The notes beneath the pieces were generated by a model. It worked only from the letters and a program-made list of their open reading frames with translations, made no database searches and was not told where the DNA came from. The position numbers were made by a program, and so were the translations under genes. This document shows, in pieces, positions 30,227 through 43,509 of a DNA stretch of 64,000 nucleotides (the stretch's first letter is position 1; each line of letters starts with the position of its first letter). The DNA comes from Thiobacillus sp. (lineage in GTDB: Bacteria > Pseudomonadota > Gammaproteobacteria > Burkholderiales > Thiobacillaceae): NCBI GenBank assembly GCA_041912015.1, contig JAYRNU010000011.1, positions 8,144 through 72,143 on the forward strand. The letters run 5' to 3'.

Positions 30227-31296
30227 GGCTGCTTGCCCGTTATCTGTCGGGGCAGGTGCTGGCGGCGTCGGGGTTCGTGTTGCTGGCGCTGGCGGTGTTG
30301 TTCGCCTTCTTCGACATCATTCAGGAGCTCGGCGGGGTTTGGCGCAACAACTACGGCCTGAGCCAGGCGGCCGTCGTGGTGGTGCTGAACATTCCCGGCC
30401 ATCTGTACGAAATTCTGCCGGTCGCAGCACTGATCGGCACGCTGTTCGCACTTTCCCGACTGGTGGTCAATTCCGAGTATGCCGTGATGCGGGTGTCTGG
30501 ACTATCCAGTTGGCGTGTCGCTGGATACCTCAGCGTGATCGGTGTGCTGATATCTTTTCTCGTTCTGCTGCTGGGGGAATATATCGCGCCCTGGACCGAG
30601 CAGGCGGCGCAGCGTTACAAGCTGTCGGTGACGCATTCGGTGGTGGCGCAGCAGTTTCGCTCCGGTCTGTGGGTCAAGGACGGCAGCACCTTCATCAACG
30701 TGCGCGAGGTGATGCCTGACAGCACGCTGCGCGGAATCGAGATATACGGATTCGAGGCGGATGGCAGCCTGGGCTGGATTCGATCCGCTGAGTCGGCCAA
30801 CTGGCGCCGCGACAAGGCCTGGGATCTGCATCAGGTGATGGAGACCTATTTCAGCCCCGATGGCATCCGCGCCACGCATAGCGAACGCCAAGACTGGCGG
30901 TCTGTTCTGACTCCCGACATCTTGGGCGTGCTGCTGGTCGCGCCCGAGCAGATGTCGGCGCGGACGCTGTGGCGGTATGTGGCGCACCTCAAGGAAAACC
31001 GGCAGAAGGCGACGCGTTACGAGCTCGCCATGTGGTCGAAGTTCATCAGTCCGTTCGTCATCCCGATCATGATGCTCATCGCCATGCCATTTGCGATCCA
31101 GGGGCCGCGTGCCGCCGGCACCAGCAGCAAGATTTTCTTGGGCATTCTGGCCGGACTCGGATTCCATCTGCTCAGCAGGCTGTTCGGTCATCTTGGATTG
31201 CTCAACGACTGGCCGGTGATGGTCGTGTCGCTGCTGCCCCTGCTGATCTTCCTCGCCATCGCGCTGGCAGGCATACGATGGATGGAGAGGCGCTAG
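30223..31296 (+). CDS. lptG: LPS export permease LptG
   Basis: SEYAVMRVSG, FRSGLWVKDG; overlaps the lptF stop. Confidence 0.94.
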   Translation: MRLLARYLSGQVLAASGFVLLALAVLFAFFDIIQELGGVWRNNYGLSQAAVVVVLNIPGHLYEILPVAALIGTLFALSRLVVNSEYAVMRVSGLSSWRVAGYLSVIGVLISFLVLLLGEYIAPWTEQAAQRYKLSVTHSVVAQQFRSGLWVKDGSTFINVREVMPDSTLRGIEIYGFEADGSLGWIRSAESANWRRDKAWDLHQVMETYFSPDGIRATHSERQDWRSVLTPDILGVLLVAPEQMSARTLWRYVAHLKENRQKATRYELAMWSKFISPFVIPIMMLIAMPFAIQGPRAAGTSSKIFLGILAGLGFHLLSRLFGHLGLLNDWPVMVVSLLPLLIFLAIALAGIRWMERR

Positions 31297-31298
31297 AC

Positions 31299-32087
31299 TT
31301 GCTGCCCACGCGGCTGGCGACCTGCCTCCAGGCCGCCTTGCCGGCAGACAAGGTTTCCTGCGTGCGCGCCTTGTGGGCGGACTGGCAGGCCGGGCGTGTG
31401 GATCCTGGTGCCGCACTGCCACGCGCCGCCATTGACAAGCCAGGACGGCCGGAAAAACCACTCCTGGTCGACCCGCACAAAGTGCCGCGGCGTCGTGTCG
31501 ACACCCTGTCAGGCCGCGCAGCGCTCGTGCACGCGCTGGCGCACATCGAATTCAATGCCATCAACCTGGCGCTCGATGCCGCGCACCGTTTTGACGCCAT
31601 GCCGACCCGGTACTACGCCGACTGGCTGCAGGTGGCCGACGAAGAGGCCCTGCATTTCGATATGCTGAATGCGCACCTGGTGACGCTCGGCCATGTCTAT
31701 GGCGACCTTCCGGCGCATGACGGCCTGTGGGACATGGCACTGAAAACGGCACACGATCCGCTGGTGCGCATGGCACTGGTGCCGCGGGTTCTCGAAGCAC
31801 GCGGGCTCGATGCCACGCCGCGCATCGTCGACAAGCTCAGGGGCGCACAGGACCAGCATCTGGTCGAGATTCTGGCCGTCATCGAGCGGGATGAAATCGG
31901 ACATGTCGCCATTGGCAGTCGCTGGTTTGCCTGGCTGTGTGCGGCGCGCGGTGTCGAACCGGACTCGACGTTTCGCCAGCTGCTGGTCGAATATGACGCG
32001 CCGCCGCTGAAGCCGCCGTTCAATCTGGCGGCACGGCGCGCGGCTGGATTCAGCGAACCCGAGCTCGCCTGGCTGAAGCAGCTTTAA
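31299..32087 (+). CDS. Ferritin-like protein (DUF455 family)
   Basis: HALAHIEFNAINLALD, DEEALHF, EARGLD, DEIGHV; alternative start ATG 31278. Confidence 0.85.
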   Translation: MLPTRLATCLQAALPADKVSCVRALWADWQAGRVDPGAALPRAAIDKPGRPEKPLLVDPHKVPRRRVDTLSGRAALVHALAHIEFNAINLALDAAHRFDAMPTRYYADWLQVADEEALHFDMLNAHLVTLGHVYGDLPAHDGLWDMALKTAHDPLVRMALVPRVLEARGLDATPRIVDKLRGAQDQHLVEILAVIERDEIGHVAIGSRWFAWLCAARGVEPDSTFRQLLVEYDAPPLKPPFNLAARRAAGFSEPELAWLKQL

Positions 32088-32090
32088 TGT

Positions 32091-32561
32091 TCACAAGCCC
32101 AGCGTCGTCGCGGTCACGCTGGCCGGAGAACGCTGCCACATCAGTTCAAAGCTCTGGTGCAGGGGGATGGCGTCGTGCGGGGCATCCAGCTGGAGCGTGC
32201 CGTGTACCGCCGCCTTGTCCGCGCGCAGCAATACCCCGTGACGGTCAGCCAGCACGAACGCCTGGTCGGGACGCGGGGCGATGGGGTCGGCCTGACGGAT
32301 CTCGAGGACATGGCCGAAGTCGCGCACCAGCTGCATCAGCCGCGGCAGGTCGCGTGCGACACGACTGATATCGTCGAGCAGCAACTCGACGCGGCGACCG
32401 GCACCGGCCACGCATAGCGCGCGCAGGCTTGCATGGCGGTCAAGGTGGTCGAGGTCGAGCAGGCCGAGATCATGGTCGTAAAGACGCAATTGACGATGTG
32501 TGCCGGACAGAAGTGCGTCGAAAGCTGCGCGAAATTCAGCGGGGGTTTCGAATGCAGTCAT
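32091..32561 (-). CDS. Hypothetical protein coupled to roxA
   Basis: ORF starting MTAFETPAEF overlaps the roxA stop. Confidence 0.65.
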   Translation of the reverse strand: MTAFETPAEFRAAFDALLSGTHRQLRLYDHDLGLLDLDHLDRHASLRALCVAGAGRRVELLLDDISRVARDLPRLMQLVRDFGHVLEIRQADPIAPRPDQAFVLADRHGVLLRADKAAVHGTLQLDAPHDAIPLHQSFELMWQRSPASVTATTLGL

Positions 32562-33673
32562 GGGGTATCGACCTCCAGCCATCCGGCGAGGTACCAGTCA
32601 TAAAGGCGCTTGCGCAATCCTGCGGGCAACGGCCCTGCGAGGCGGCGCTCATCGGCCAGACGACGCAGGGCAGCGACTTCTTCCGTTGCGGGCGTGAACG
32701 CCTCGCCATTGACGAAGAAGCGCCTGCCGGCAAACAGCAGACGCGATCTAGGGTCGAGCGCCACGCCGCTTCTGCCGGCCTTGATGAAGGTGGCACGGTT
32801 CAGCGGCGCATCGGGAGGATGGAAAAACACGTTCGGCTTCGGATCGGACAGATAGCGGCCTGCAAACTCGGCGATGTCGCCTCTGTTCCATTTGATCCGT
32901 GCGATCATGCCTTCGATCCGGTTCAGCATCGCCCGGCTTATTTCACCCGGGTGCGCTTGCAGGCGCAGGTCGGGATCGGCATAGCGGCCGTCGAGCGCCA
33001 GGGTGTCCTGCAGATGCGTCAGAAAGCCGTATGCCAGTTCCTCCACCGTGGGAGCGCGAAAGCCGATCGAATAGGTCATGCAGGTGTCTTCTGCCACGCC
33101 GTAATGCGCGACATGCGGCGGCAGGTAGAGCATGTCGCCGGGGCCGAGCACCCACTCGTCCTCAGTCTTGAAATGCCTCAGGATTCTGAGCGGGGCGTCG
33201 TCCAGCAGCGCAAGATCGGATTGGGTGCTGATCTGCCAGCGGCGATGTCCCTGTCCCTGCAGCAGGAAGACATCGTAGGAATCGAAATGCGGTCCGACGC
33301 TGCCGCCAGGCACGGCGTAGCTGACCATCAGGTCGTCGAGACGGGCGTGCGGGATGAAGTTGAAGCGCGCCAGCAGGGCATCGGCTTCAGGCAGGACATG
33401 ATTGAGCGACTGGACCAGCAACGTCCAGTCCGATTTCGGCAGGCGCCTGAGGCCGCTTTTCGTGAACGGGCCGTGGTCAAGCTGCCAGTCCCTGCCGCTG
33501 CCCTGAACCAGGCGCGACTCGACATCGTCGCGTCCCGCCAGTTGCAGCATTTCACCAGGCGACAACAGACCGGTGAAGCCGGGCACTGCATTGCGAATCA
33601 GCAGGGGTCGCTTGTGCCAGACGTCGCGCAGGAAGCGGGAGGGGCTCAAGCCGCCGAGTAGGGGATTCATCAT
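32558..33673 (-). CDS. roxA: JmjC/cupin ribosomal oxygenase RoxA (YcfD)
   Basis: RLDDLMVSY, GPHFDSYDVFLLQ, GDMLYLPP..AHYG, TYSIGFR. Confidence 0.9.
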   Translation of the reverse strand: MMNPLLGGLSPSRFLRDVWHKRPLLIRNAVPGFTGLLSPGEMLQLAGRDDVESRLVQGSGRDWQLDHGPFTKSGLRRLPKSDWTLLVQSLNHVLPEADALLARFNFIPHARLDDLMVSYAVPGGSVGPHFDSYDVFLLQGQGHRRWQISTQSDLALLDDAPLRILRHFKTEDEWVLGPGDMLYLPPHVAHYGVAEDTCMTYSIGFRAPTVEELAYGFLTHLQDTLALDGRYADPDLRLQAHPGEISRAMLNRIEGMIARIKWNRGDIAEFAGRYLSDPKPNVFFHPPDAPLNRATFIKAGRSGVALDPRSRLLFAGRRFFVNGEAFTPATEEVAALRRLADERRLAGPLPAGLRKRLYDWYLAGWLEVDTP

Positions 33674-33747
33674 GAAATAATTATAACGATGCGGCCCGAA
33701 ATGCCCTGTTAGAATGTCGCCGAAAAATACACGTTGCGGAGTCAATC

Positions 33748-34212
33748 ATGCTGAAAGCCGGAGATCGCGCACCGGATTTTTCCAATCCTGACGCAGACAT
33801 GAATTTCGTGGAGCTATCCCAGTTTCGGGACAAGATCCTCGTGCTGTATTTTTATGTCCGCGACGATACGCCCGGGTGCACGACCGAAGCGATCGAGTTT
33901 TCCGAACTTGAACCCCAGTTCGCCAAGCTGGGCGCAGCGGTCGTCGGCGTGTCGCGCGACGACTGTATCAAGCACGGCGAATTTCGCGACAAGCACGGCA
34001 TCAGCGTGCCGCTGCTGGCTGACAAGGAGCAAACGACCTGTACTGCCTATCAGGTGCTGCAGGACAAGGAGGTGGATGGCGTCATGCGCAAGGGCGTCGT
34101 GCGTTCAACCTTCGTGATCGACAAGAAAGGCATCATCCGGCATGCACTGTATGGCGTATCCAGCCGAGGACATGCTGCGGAAGTGCTTCAACTGGTAAAG
34201 GAACTCAATTGA
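33748..34212 (+). CDS. bcp: BCP-type peroxiredoxin
   Basis: LYFY..DDTPGCTTEA, RSTFVID. Confidence 0.9.
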   Translation: MLKAGDRAPDFSNPDADMNFVELSQFRDKILVLYFYVRDDTPGCTTEAIEFSELEPQFAKLGAAVVGVSRDDCIKHGEFRDKHGISVPLLADKEQTTCTAYQVLQDKEVDGVMRKGVVRSTFVIDKKGIIRHALYGVSSRGHAAEVLQLVKELN

Positions 34213-34691
34213 ATATTGGCAAGGACACCGTCGTCACCATCACCTATATCGTCCGCGACCTGGACGGCAAACTGCTCGAGGAAAGCGACGAAGCGGTCAG
34301 CTATCTGCATGGCGGATACGACAACATCTTCCCGTTGGTGGAACAGGCGCTGGAAGGCAAGGTCGTGGGTGACACCATCGACCTCAAGCTGCAGCCGGCC
34401 GATGCCTTCGGCGAATTCGACGAAGACTTGGTGCGTCTGGAGCCGCGCGAGAGCTTTCCCCCAGACATCGAGATCGGCATGCAGTTCGTTGGTTCGCCCC
34501 TCGACGGCGGCGAAGAGATGCTCTACACCGTGACCGACATCGCCGAGGAAAAGGTGGTCGTGGACGGCAACCATCCCTATGCCGGTCAGGCGGTGCATTT
34601 CCAGTGCGCGGTTGCAGAGGTGCGGGCGGCCACACCGGACGAGGTTGCCCACCGCCATGCGCATGGCGCTCACGGGCACCACCATCACTGA
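34209..34691 (+). CDS. slyD: FKBP-type PPIase SlyD
   Basis: YLHGG, DGNHPYAG, His-rich tail; TTG start. Confidence 0.92.
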   Translation: MNIGKDTVVTITYIVRDLDGKLLEESDEAVSYLHGGYDNIFPLVEQALEGKVVGDTIDLKLQPADAFGEFDEDLVRLEPRESFPPDIEIGMQFVGSPLDGGEEMLYTVTDIAEEKVVVDGNHPYAGQAVHFQCAVAEVRAATPDEVAHRHAHGAHGHHHH

Positions 34692-34769
34692 TCCAATGGG
34701 GGTGGGAGTGGACGGTACATGGCATACGGCTGTTAGAATCCCGAGCCAACCTGTTTCCGTGACTGCCTG

Positions 34770-35738
34770 ATGAAAATCACCTTCCTCGACTTCGAGCAGC
34801 CGATCGCCGAGCTCGAAGCCAAGATCGAAGAGCTCCGCTTCGTGCAGGACGACTCCGCGCTGGATATTTCGGAGGAAATCCGACGTCTGCAGAAGAAGAG
34901 CCAGACACTGACCAAGGATATCTACGCCAAGCTCAACGCCTGGCAGGTGTCCCAGGTGGCGCGGCATCCGCAGCGGCCCTACACCCTCGATTACGTTCAG
35001 GGGCTGTTCACCGATTTTTCCGAGTTGCATGGCGATCGCGCCTATGCCGACGATGCTGCAATCGTCGGCGGCATGGCACGATTCAACGGCGAACCGGTGA
35101 TGGTCATTGGCCATCAGAAAGGCCGCGATACCAAGGAGAAGATCTACCGGAATTTCGGCATGCCCCGTCCGGAGGGCTATCGCAAGGCATTGCGCCTGAT
35201 GCGGCTGGCAGAAAAATTCAGGATGCCGATCTTCACTTTTATCGACACGCCGGGCGCCTACCCGGGCATCGGTGCCGAGGAGCGTGGCCAGTCCGAGGCC
35301 ATCGCACGCAATCTTTACGTCATGGCCGAACTGGAGACGCCGATCATTTGCAGCATCGTAGGCGAGGGAGGCTCCGGGGGCGCGCTGGCCATCGGTGTCG
35401 GTGACCGGACCCTGATCCTGCAGTATTCGACCTATTCGGTGATTTCTCCCGAAGGCTGCGCGTCGATCCTGTGGAAGAGCGCCGACAAGGCCTCGGTTGC
35501 TGCGGAGACACTGGCCATTACCGCCGACCGTCTGAAGGCAAACGGGCTGGTCGATCGTGTCGTCGAAGAACCGCTCGGCGGGGCGCAGCGTGACTGGGAC
35601 GCCATGTTCCAGTCGATGCGCCGCAGCCTGGCCGAGACACTCGCCGAATTGCGCAAGCAGCCGCAGACCGCGCTTCTTGATGCGCGGTACCAACGCCTGC
35701 GCGCGTATGGCAGCTTCAAGGAAACGCCTGTCAAATAA
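34770..35738 (+). CDS. accA: Acetyl-CoA carboxylase carboxyltransferase alpha
   Basis: [32 protein letters not shown]. Confidence 0.98.
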   Translation: MKITFLDFEQPIAELEAKIEELRFVQDDSALDISEEIRRLQKKSQTLTKDIYAKLNAWQVSQVARHPQRPYTLDYVQGLFTDFSELHGDRAYADDAAIVGGMARFNGEPVMVIGHQKGRDTKEKIYRNFGMPRPEGYRKALRLMRLAEKFRMPIFTFIDTPGAYPGIGAEERGQSEAIARNLYVMAELETPIICSIVGEGGSGGALAIGVGDRTLILQYSTYSVISPEGCASILWKSADKASVAAETLAITADRLKANGLVDRVVEEPLGGAQRDWDAMFQSMRRSLAETLAELRKQPQTALLDARYQRLRAYGSFKETPVK

Positions 35739-37050
35739 GCCGATCATCGAGCTTGTGGCGGAGATCCTTGCCCGCCACGCCCCCGCCCGTGCGCGACTCG
35801 TTCTCGCCTTGTCGGGCGGAATCGACTCGGTCGTCCTGCTGCATGTCCTGAATGCGCTGCGGAAACAACACCTCTTCGATCTGCGCGCGGTGCACGTACA
35901 CCACGGCTTGTCCCCACTGGCAGATGACTGGTCGCAATTCTGCGCGCGGCTTTGTGAAGCGCATGCCGTCGAGCTGAGCATTCATCGCGTGCGCATTGCC
36001 GATGCCGATCCGGCCGGGGTCGAGGCGGCGGCACGGCGGGAACGCGTGCAGGTTTTTTCCGCACTGGAGGCTGATTTCATTCTGACGGCCCACCAGCTCG
36101 ACGACCAGGCAGAAACACTCATGCTGCAGCTGCTGCGTGGCTCGGGCCCGAAAGGACTGGCGGCCATGGCCGAAGCGCAGCGCCATCCGGGCTGGCGGGC
36201 TGCTCAGTTGCGACCCCTGCTGGGGGTTTCGCGCGCTGCCATTCAGGACTACGCCATGGCGCATGGCTGCAACTGGGTCGAGGATCGCAGCAACGAGGAC
36301 GTTCGATTCAGGCGTAATGCCTTGCGCCAGCAGGTGTTTCCCCTGCTGCAGGCATACTTCCCGGGTGCCGTCACGACACTGGCGCGTGCTGCGGCGCTGC
36401 AGGCCGACGCTGCTGAATTGCTCGATGATCTGGCATGCCTCGATGCGGTCGGGGCCGTCGCTGGCGATCGGCTCGACGGCGCTGCGCTGGCCGCCATGTC
36501 GCGGTCGCGTGCGCGAAATCTGCTGCGGCATTTCATCGCGTTGCAAGGCCAGCCGATGCCCAGTGAACGACGCCTCAACGAGGCGCTGCGTCAGATCATC
36601 GAGGCGCGGCACGATGCCGCCGTTCGCCTGACGCTCGGAACCGTCGATCTGGTTCGCTATCGAGGGGGGGTCTATCTGGTGCCCTGCGCACCGGTCCGCT
36701 CAGTGCCAGTGCGCTGGCACGGCGAATCACGCCTGGAGGTGCCGGGGTCGGGCGTGGTCGTGCAATTCGATACGGTCGTGGGAGCTGGCCTGCGGCGAAC
36801 CATGCTGGACGACGCGGTCGTCACCCTCGGCGTGCGGCAGGGGGGCGAGCGCCTGCGTCTGCAGCCGGGGGGGCCGCACCGAAGCCTGAAGAACCTGATG
36901 CAGGAACGTGCGATCCCGCCGTGGCAGCGCCAGCGACTGCCGCTGATGTGGTGCGATGGCGAACTCGTATGGGCTGCGGGAATCGGCCTGAATGCCGATG
37001 CGCTCGCCGCGCCAGGCGTTGCGGGATTGCTGCCAACGGTGGTGACGTAG
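35707..37050 (+). CDS. tilS: tRNA(Ile)-lysidine synthase
   Basis: LSGGIDS PP-loop, [19 protein letters not shown]; start uncertain. Confidence 0.95.
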   Translation: MAASRKRLSNKPIIELVAEILARHAPARARLVLALSGGIDSVVLLHVLNALRKQHLFDLRAVHVHHGLSPLADDWSQFCARLCEAHAVELSIHRVRIADADPAGVEAAARRERVQVFSALEADFILTAHQLDDQAETLMLQLLRGSGPKGLAAMAEAQRHPGWRAAQLRPLLGVSRAAIQDYAMAHGCNWVEDRSNEDVRFRRNALRQQVFPLLQAYFPGAVTTLARAAALQADAAELLDDLACLDAVGAVAGDRLDGAALAAMSRSRARNLLRHFIALQGQPMPSERRLNEALRQIIEARHDAAVRLTLGTVDLVRYRGGVYLVPCAPVRSVPVRWHGESRLEVPGSGVVVQFDTVVGAGLRRTMLDDAVVTLGVRQGGERLRLQPGGPHRSLKNLMQERAIPPWQRQRLPLMWCDGELVWAAGIGLNADALAAPGVAGLLPTVVT

Positions 37051-37228
37051 GTCTGGCCAGGCGGTTGGGAAATACACGGCGGCAAGCGCGTTTCCATCGC
37101 TGGCTGACGTGCACGTCAGCCAGCGATGGAAGACAGACCGTGCTGCGACATGCTATTCTATACGGCTGATTTTCATCATGAATTTTTTCTTTTTTTCCAA
37201 CTGTTTCTCAATTTTCTGGAGCATGGTC

Positions 37229-37657
37229 ATGGCTGTTCAGCGCACTTTTTCCATCATCAAACCCGATGCCGTCGCCAAGAACGTCATTGGCAAGATCGTC
37301 AGCCGTTTCGAAAGCAACGGGCTCAAGGTCGTGGCATCGAAGATGAAGCACCTGTCACGCCAGGAAGCCGAAGGCTTCTATGCCGTGCACAAGGAACGCC
37401 CGTTCTTCAAGGATCTGGTCGATTTCATGGTCTCGGGTCCGGTGGTGCTGCAGGTTCTGGAAGGCGAGGACGCGATTGCCAAGAACCGCGCGCTGATGGG
37501 CGCAACCGATCCGAAAAAGGCCGAGCCTGGCACCATCCGCGCCGATTTTGCCGAAAGCATCGATGCCAATGCCGTTCATGGTTCCGACGCGCCCGAAACC
37601 GCAGCGATCGAGATCGCCTATTTCTTCCCTGCCAGCGAAGTCTACGCCGGTCGCTAA
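37229..37657 (+). CDS. ndk: Nucleoside diphosphate kinase
   Basis: IIKPDAV, GTIRAD, NAVHGSD. Confidence 0.98.
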   Translation: MAVQRTFSIIKPDAVAKNVIGKIVSRFESNGLKVVASKMKHLSRQEAEGFYAVHKERPFFKDLVDFMVSGPVVLQVLEGEDAIAKNRALMGATDPKKAEPGTIRADFAESIDANAVHGSDAPETAAIEIAYFFPASEVYAGR

Positions 37658-37666
37658 ACCCTGCGC

Positions 37667-38770
37667 ATGCCTCAGAATCTGCTCGATTTCGATCTTGAAC
37701 GACTGACCGCCTGGTTCACCGAGCTTGGCGAAAAGCCGTTTCGTGCCCGCCAGGTGTTCCACTGGATCCACCAGTCGGGGGTGGCCGATTTCGCGCAGAT
37801 GACCGACATCGCCAAGAGCCTGCGCGAGAAGCTGCAGCAACAGGCTTGCGTGCAGGCACCCGCGATCAACTACGCGCATGCGTCGGCGGACGGTACGCGC
37901 AAATGGTTGTTTGATGCAGGGGTTGGCAACGGCATCGAAACCGTCTTCATTCCGGAAGATGATCGCGGAACCCTGTGCGTCTCGTCGCAGGTCGGCTGCG
38001 CACTGGAATGCACGTTCTGCTCGACCGGACGACAGGGATTCAATCGCAACCTGACGGTGGCAGAAATCATCGGCCAGCTGTGGGTGGCCCATCACGGGCT
38101 CAAGACCGAGCCGAATCGCACCAGCGGCGAAATATCCGACCGGCCGGTAAGCAATGTCGTGATGATGGGCATGGGCGAGCCCCTGGCCAACTTCGAGAAC
38201 GTGGTGACCGCGCTCGGCATCATGCTCGACGACCACGCGTACGGTCTGTCGCGCCGACGGGTCACGGTGTCGACCTCGGGCCTGGTGCCGGCGATGGATC
38301 GACTGGCCGAACGGTGTCCGGTGGCGCTGGCAGTGAGCCTGCATGCCCCAAACGACGCCTTGCGCGACCAGATCGTGCCGATCAACAGGAAATATCCGTT
38401 GCGCGAGCTGATGGCGGCCTGCCGGCGCTATCTGGTTCATGCACCGCGTGATTTCATCACGTTCGAATACGTGATGCTTGCAGGCGTGAATGACCAGCCG
38501 GTGCATGCAAGACAACTGATCGAACTGACCCGCGATGTGCCGTGCAAATTCAATCTGATCCCGTTCAATCCGTTCCCGGATTCAGGCTATGAAAAACCGA
38601 GCGCGGACGCGATGGGGGTTTTTCGGCAGATCCTGCAGGATGCGGGCCATGTCGTCACGACGCGCAAGACCCGGGGTGACGACATCGACGCGGCCTGTGG
38701 CCAGCTCGCCGGGAAAGTGGCCGACAAGAGCGGCCGCGTGATGAAACGACTAGACAAGGAGGCAGCGTGA
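37667..38770 (+). CDS. rlmN: Dual-specificity RNA methyltransferase RlmN
   Basis: [27 protein letters not shown]. Confidence 0.98.
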   Translation: MPQNLLDFDLERLTAWFTELGEKPFRARQVFHWIHQSGVADFAQMTDIAKSLREKLQQQACVQAPAINYAHASADGTRKWLFDAGVGNGIETVFIPEDDRGTLCVSSQVGCALECTFCSTGRQGFNRNLTVAEIIGQLWVAHHGLKTEPNRTSGEISDRPVSNVVMMGMGEPLANFENVVTALGIMLDDHAYGLSRRRVTVSTSGLVPAMDRLAERCPVALAVSLHAPNDALRDQIVPINRKYPLRELMAACRRYLVHAPRDFITFEYVMLAGVNDQPVHARQLIELTRDVPCKFNLIPFNPFPDSGYEKPSADAMGVFRQILQDAGHVVTTRKTRGDDIDAACGQLAGKVADKSGRVMKRLDKEAA

Positions 38771-39537
38771 ACAAATGGATCGTGATCGGCGCGATTCTGC
38801 TTGCCGGATGTGCCAGCCAACCCGCCATTAAGGAGGGCAAACCCGACGCCCCGCAGGCGGATTCCGACAGCGTGCAGCGCGCTCGCGCCTTCACGAACCT
38901 CGCAGGCGCCTATTACACGCGTGCGCAGTACAAGGTCGCGCTCGACGAGTTGCGCAAGGCGATCACCGCCGATAGTCGCTACGGACCGGCGTATGACGTC
39001 TATGGCCTGATCTACATGGATCTGGAAGAGGACAAGCTGGCCGAGGAGAATTTCCGACGCGCCATCGAACTGGACAGCAGTGATTCCGAGGCGCGCAACA
39101 ATTACGGCTGGTTTCTATGTACGCGCGGTCGATACAAGGAAGGTCTCGAGCAATTCAGCGCCGCGCTGCGCAACCCCCTCTACACCAGACCGGATCAGGC
39201 CATGACCAATGCCGGTCTGTGCGCCGAGAAAAGCGGCGACCTGATGCTTGCAGAGACCAATCTGTTGAAGTCACTCAAGTTGCAACCCGACAATCCCACG
39301 ACGATTCTGAAGCTGGCTGCGCTGAATTTCCGCCTGGACCGGCTGCAGGATGCGCAGAGACTGCTGGAGCATTTCAGCGAGCTGTCGCAACCGACGGCGG
39401 AGAGCCTGTGGCTGGGTGTGAGACTCGAGCGCAAGCTGGGCAACCGTACACAGGAAGCGGCCTACGGGCTGCAGCTGCGCAAGAACTTTCCGGACTCTAA
39501 CGAAGCACGGCTGCTGCTTGCAGGACAGTACGAATGA
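38767..39537 (+). CDS. pilW: Type IV pilus TPR lipoprotein PilW/PilF
   Basis: Lipobox [12 protein letters not shown], TPRs; conserved position after rlmN. Confidence 0.9.
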   Translation: MNKWIVIGAILLAGCASQPAIKEGKPDAPQADSDSVQRARAFTNLAGAYYTRAQYKVALDELRKAITADSRYGPAYDVYGLIYMDLEEDKLAEENFRRAIELDSSDSEARNNYGWFLCTRGRYKEGLEQFSAALRNPLYTRPDQAMTNAGLCAEKSGDLMLAETNLLKSLKLQPDNPTTILKLAALNFRLDRLQDAQRLLEHFSELSQPTAESLWLGVRLERKLGNRTQEAAYGLQLRKNFPDSNEARLLLAGQYE

Positions 39538-40343
39538 CTGAAAGCGCGACTTCATCGGTCGGTGCGCTGTTGCGCGAAAGCCGCGAGGCGCAGGGCATTG
39601 CGCTCGAGGAGGTCGCCCAGCGCCTGCGCCTGATGATTCGCCAGGTCGAGGCAATGGAGGCCGATGACTTCGCGTGCCTGGGACAGCCGGTGTTCGCCCG
39701 GGGGTTTGTCCGCAACTATGCGCGCCTGTTGGGAATCCCGCCCGAGGATTTGCTGGCGAGCATGGAAGGGGCGCCCGAGCAGAAGGCCGTGGTCAGCCAT
39801 GCCGAGTCGCCGCCGCAGCATGCCTGGTTGTCATCACCCTGGCTGATCCTGCTGCTGCTGGGAATTCTGCTGTTGCTGGCGATGCCGGTGGTCCTGTACC
39901 TCTGGCTCAATAGCGGCGCGGAGGAGAGCACCGCGAACGCGCCGGTCGTGCAATCAACGCCCATACCGGCATCCTCCGTGGCGGCAGCCGCGGCTCCTGC
40001 GATGCCTGCTCAGTCCGAGCCGGCCACCCCGACAGCGGACGTTCAACCGGCAGCGCCCGTCGAACCCGCGGCCGCCGCAGAACCGGTGGCGGCCCCTGTC
40101 AGCAACAGCGTGTTGCATCTCGAGTTCGGCGCCGAATCCTGGACCGAAATCAAGGATGCAAGCGGACGCATGCTTGTTCGCCAACTCAGCCCTGCTGGCA
40201 GCACGCTGGATGTCCGCGGTCATCCGCCTTACGATCTGGTGATCGGCAATGCCGCCCAGGTGCGCATGAGCTACAACGGTCGCCCGATCGACCTCAACCC
40301 TTTTATCGACGTGACCGTTGCGCGGTTCACGCTCGAAGAATAG
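39534..40343 (+). CDS. rodZ: RodZ cell-shape protein
   Basis: N-terminal HTH with [11 protein letters not shown], one TM helix, C-terminal SW.EIKD/IGNA domain. Confidence 0.88.
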   Translation: MTESATSSVGALLRESREAQGIALEEVAQRLRLMIRQVEAMEADDFACLGQPVFARGFVRNYARLLGIPPEDLLASMEGAPEQKAVVSHAESPPQHAWLSSPWLILLLLGILLLLAMPVVLYLWLNSGAEESTANAPVVQSTPIPASSVAAAAAPAMPAQSEPATPTADVQPAAPVEPAAAAEPVAAPVSNSVLHLEFGAESWTEIKDASGRMLVRQLSPAGSTLDVRGHPPYDLVIGNAAQVRMSYNGRPIDLNPFIDVTVARFTLEE

Positions 40344-40360
40344 CCAGTCCGGAATTAGCG

Positions 40361-41581
40361 ATGCCTGAGATTATTCGTCGTCCCACCCGACAGGTGCGGA
40401 TCGGCCACGTACTGGTCGGCAGCGAAGCCCCCGTCGTGGTGCAGTCGATGACCAACACCGACACCGTCGATGTCACCGCCACCGTGCGCCAGGTTCAGGC
40501 GCTTGCCGGGGCCGGATCGGAACTGGTGCGCCTCACGGTCAACTCGCTGGAGGCTGCCGCTGCGGTGCCGCGCATCCGCGAGCGTCTCGATGTGCTGGGT
40601 TGCAGCGTGCCGCTGATCGGCGACTTCCACTTCAACGGCCACAAGCTGCTGACTCAGGTTCCCGAATGCGCCGCGGCGCTGGCCAAGCTGCGCATCAATC
40701 CGGGCAACATCGGGCGCGGCACCAAGCGCGACGAACAATTCGCCACCTTGATCGAGGTGGCATGCCGCCATGACAAGCCGGTACGGATCGGCGTCAACTG
40801 GGGCAGCCTCGATCAGGCACTGGCGGCCCGCATGATGGACGACAATGCGCGCCTCGCCCGGCCGGAAGATGCCGAGGTGGTGATGCGACGCGCGATGGTG
40901 GCGTCTGCGCTGGAGTCGGCGAAAAAGGCCGAGGAACTGGGGCTGGCGGGCGACCGCATCATCCTGTCGTGCAAGATGAGTCGCGTGCAGGACCTGATCT
41001 CGGTGTATCGCGACCTGGCGTCACAGTGTGACTATCCCCTGCACCTGGGACTGACCGAAGCAGGCATGGGCAGCAAGGGCATCGTCGCTTCGACTGCCGC
41101 CCTCGCGGTGCTGCTGCAGGAAGGCATCGGCGACACGATCCGCGTATCGCTGACGCCTGAACCGGGCGGCGAGCGCACCCAGGAGGTTCGGGTCGCCCAG
41201 GAGATCCTGCAGTCGCTGGGTCTGCGTGCCTTCACGCCGCAGGTGACCGCCTGTCCAGGCTGCGGCCGCACGACCTCGACCGTGTTTCAGGAACTGGCGC
41301 AGGATATCGAAACCTTTCTGCGCGACCAGATGCCGGCCTGGCGGGGCCAGTATCCCGGTGTCGAATCCATGCAGGTCGCGGTGATGGGATGCGTGGTCAA
41401 CGGCCCAGGCGAGTCCAAGCATGCCAATATCGGCATCTCGCTGCCCGGAACGGGCGAAGTGCCGGTGGCGCCGGTCTATGTCGATGGCGAAAAGACCGTG
41501 ACATTGAAGGGCGACAGGATTGCCGCGGATTTCCAGGCAATCGTTGAAAATTATGTGCGCACCCGGTATGGGGCTGCGTGA
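40361..41581 (+). CDS. ispG: HMBPP synthase IspG
   Basis: [38 protein letters not shown]. Confidence 0.98.
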   Translation: MPEIIRRPTRQVRIGHVLVGSEAPVVVQSMTNTDTVDVTATVRQVQALAGAGSELVRLTVNSLEAAAAVPRIRERLDVLGCSVPLIGDFHFNGHKLLTQVPECAAALAKLRINPGNIGRGTKRDEQFATLIEVACRHDKPVRIGVNWGSLDQALAARMMDDNARLARPEDAEVVMRRAMVASALESAKKAEELGLAGDRIILSCKMSRVQDLISVYRDLASQCDYPLHLGLTEAGMGSKGIVASTAALAVLLQEGIGDTIRVSLTPEPGGERTQEVRVAQEILQSLGLRAFTPQVTACPGCGRTTSTVFQELAQDIETFLRDQMPAWRGQYPGVESMQVAVMGCVVNGPGESKHANIGISLPGTGEVPVAPVYVDGEKTVTLKGDRIAADFQAIVENYVRTRYGAA

Positions 41582-41603
41582 TCCGACCCCTGTTGATCCA
41601 ACC

Positions 41604-42867
<1,264 letters not shown>

Positions 42868-42881
<14 letters not shown>

Positions 42882-43509
42882 TCTTGACGAGCAGGAACGG
42901 CTGGACGAACTGAAGGCCTGGTGGAAACGCTGGGGCAACGTGGTGATGATCGGAGCGGCCGCTGCCATCGCGGCGGCTGCGGGCTGGCGCTACTGGCAGA
43001 ACCACATCATGACGCAAAGCCTGGAAGCGGCTGCGGTCTACGAAAAGCTCACCGCATCGCTGGCCGCCAACGATCCCAAGGCTGCACGCGAAGCCGGCGC
43101 GATGCTGACGGGGCAGTACAAGGGCACGGCCTACGCGCCGCGCGCCGCATTGCTGCTGGCCAAGCTCAACGTGGCGGGCAAGGACCTGAAAAGCGCGCAG
43201 ACCCAGCTGGAGTGGGCTTTGGCCAACAGCAAGGAGCCCGCCGTCAAGGATCTGGCGCGCCTGCGTCTGGCCGGTGTGCAACTCGATCAGCAGCAGTACG
43301 ATGCCGCGCTGAAAACCCTGTCCGACACCCACAGCGATGCCTTCGCCTTCCGCTTCCTCGACCTGAAGGGGGACGTGCTGCTGGCACAGGGCAAGCAGGC
43401 CGATGCCCGGGCCGCGTACCAGGCGGCCTACAGTGCGATGGAGGAAGACAATCCCTACCGTACCCTGGTTGAGCTGAAGCTCGACGCAATGGGAGGTCCG
43501 GCCAAGTGA
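42868..43509 (+). CDS. yfgM: YfgM TPR membrane protein
   Basis: [14 protein letters not shown] helix, ARLRLA, KGDVL; between hisS and bamB. Confidence 0.88.
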
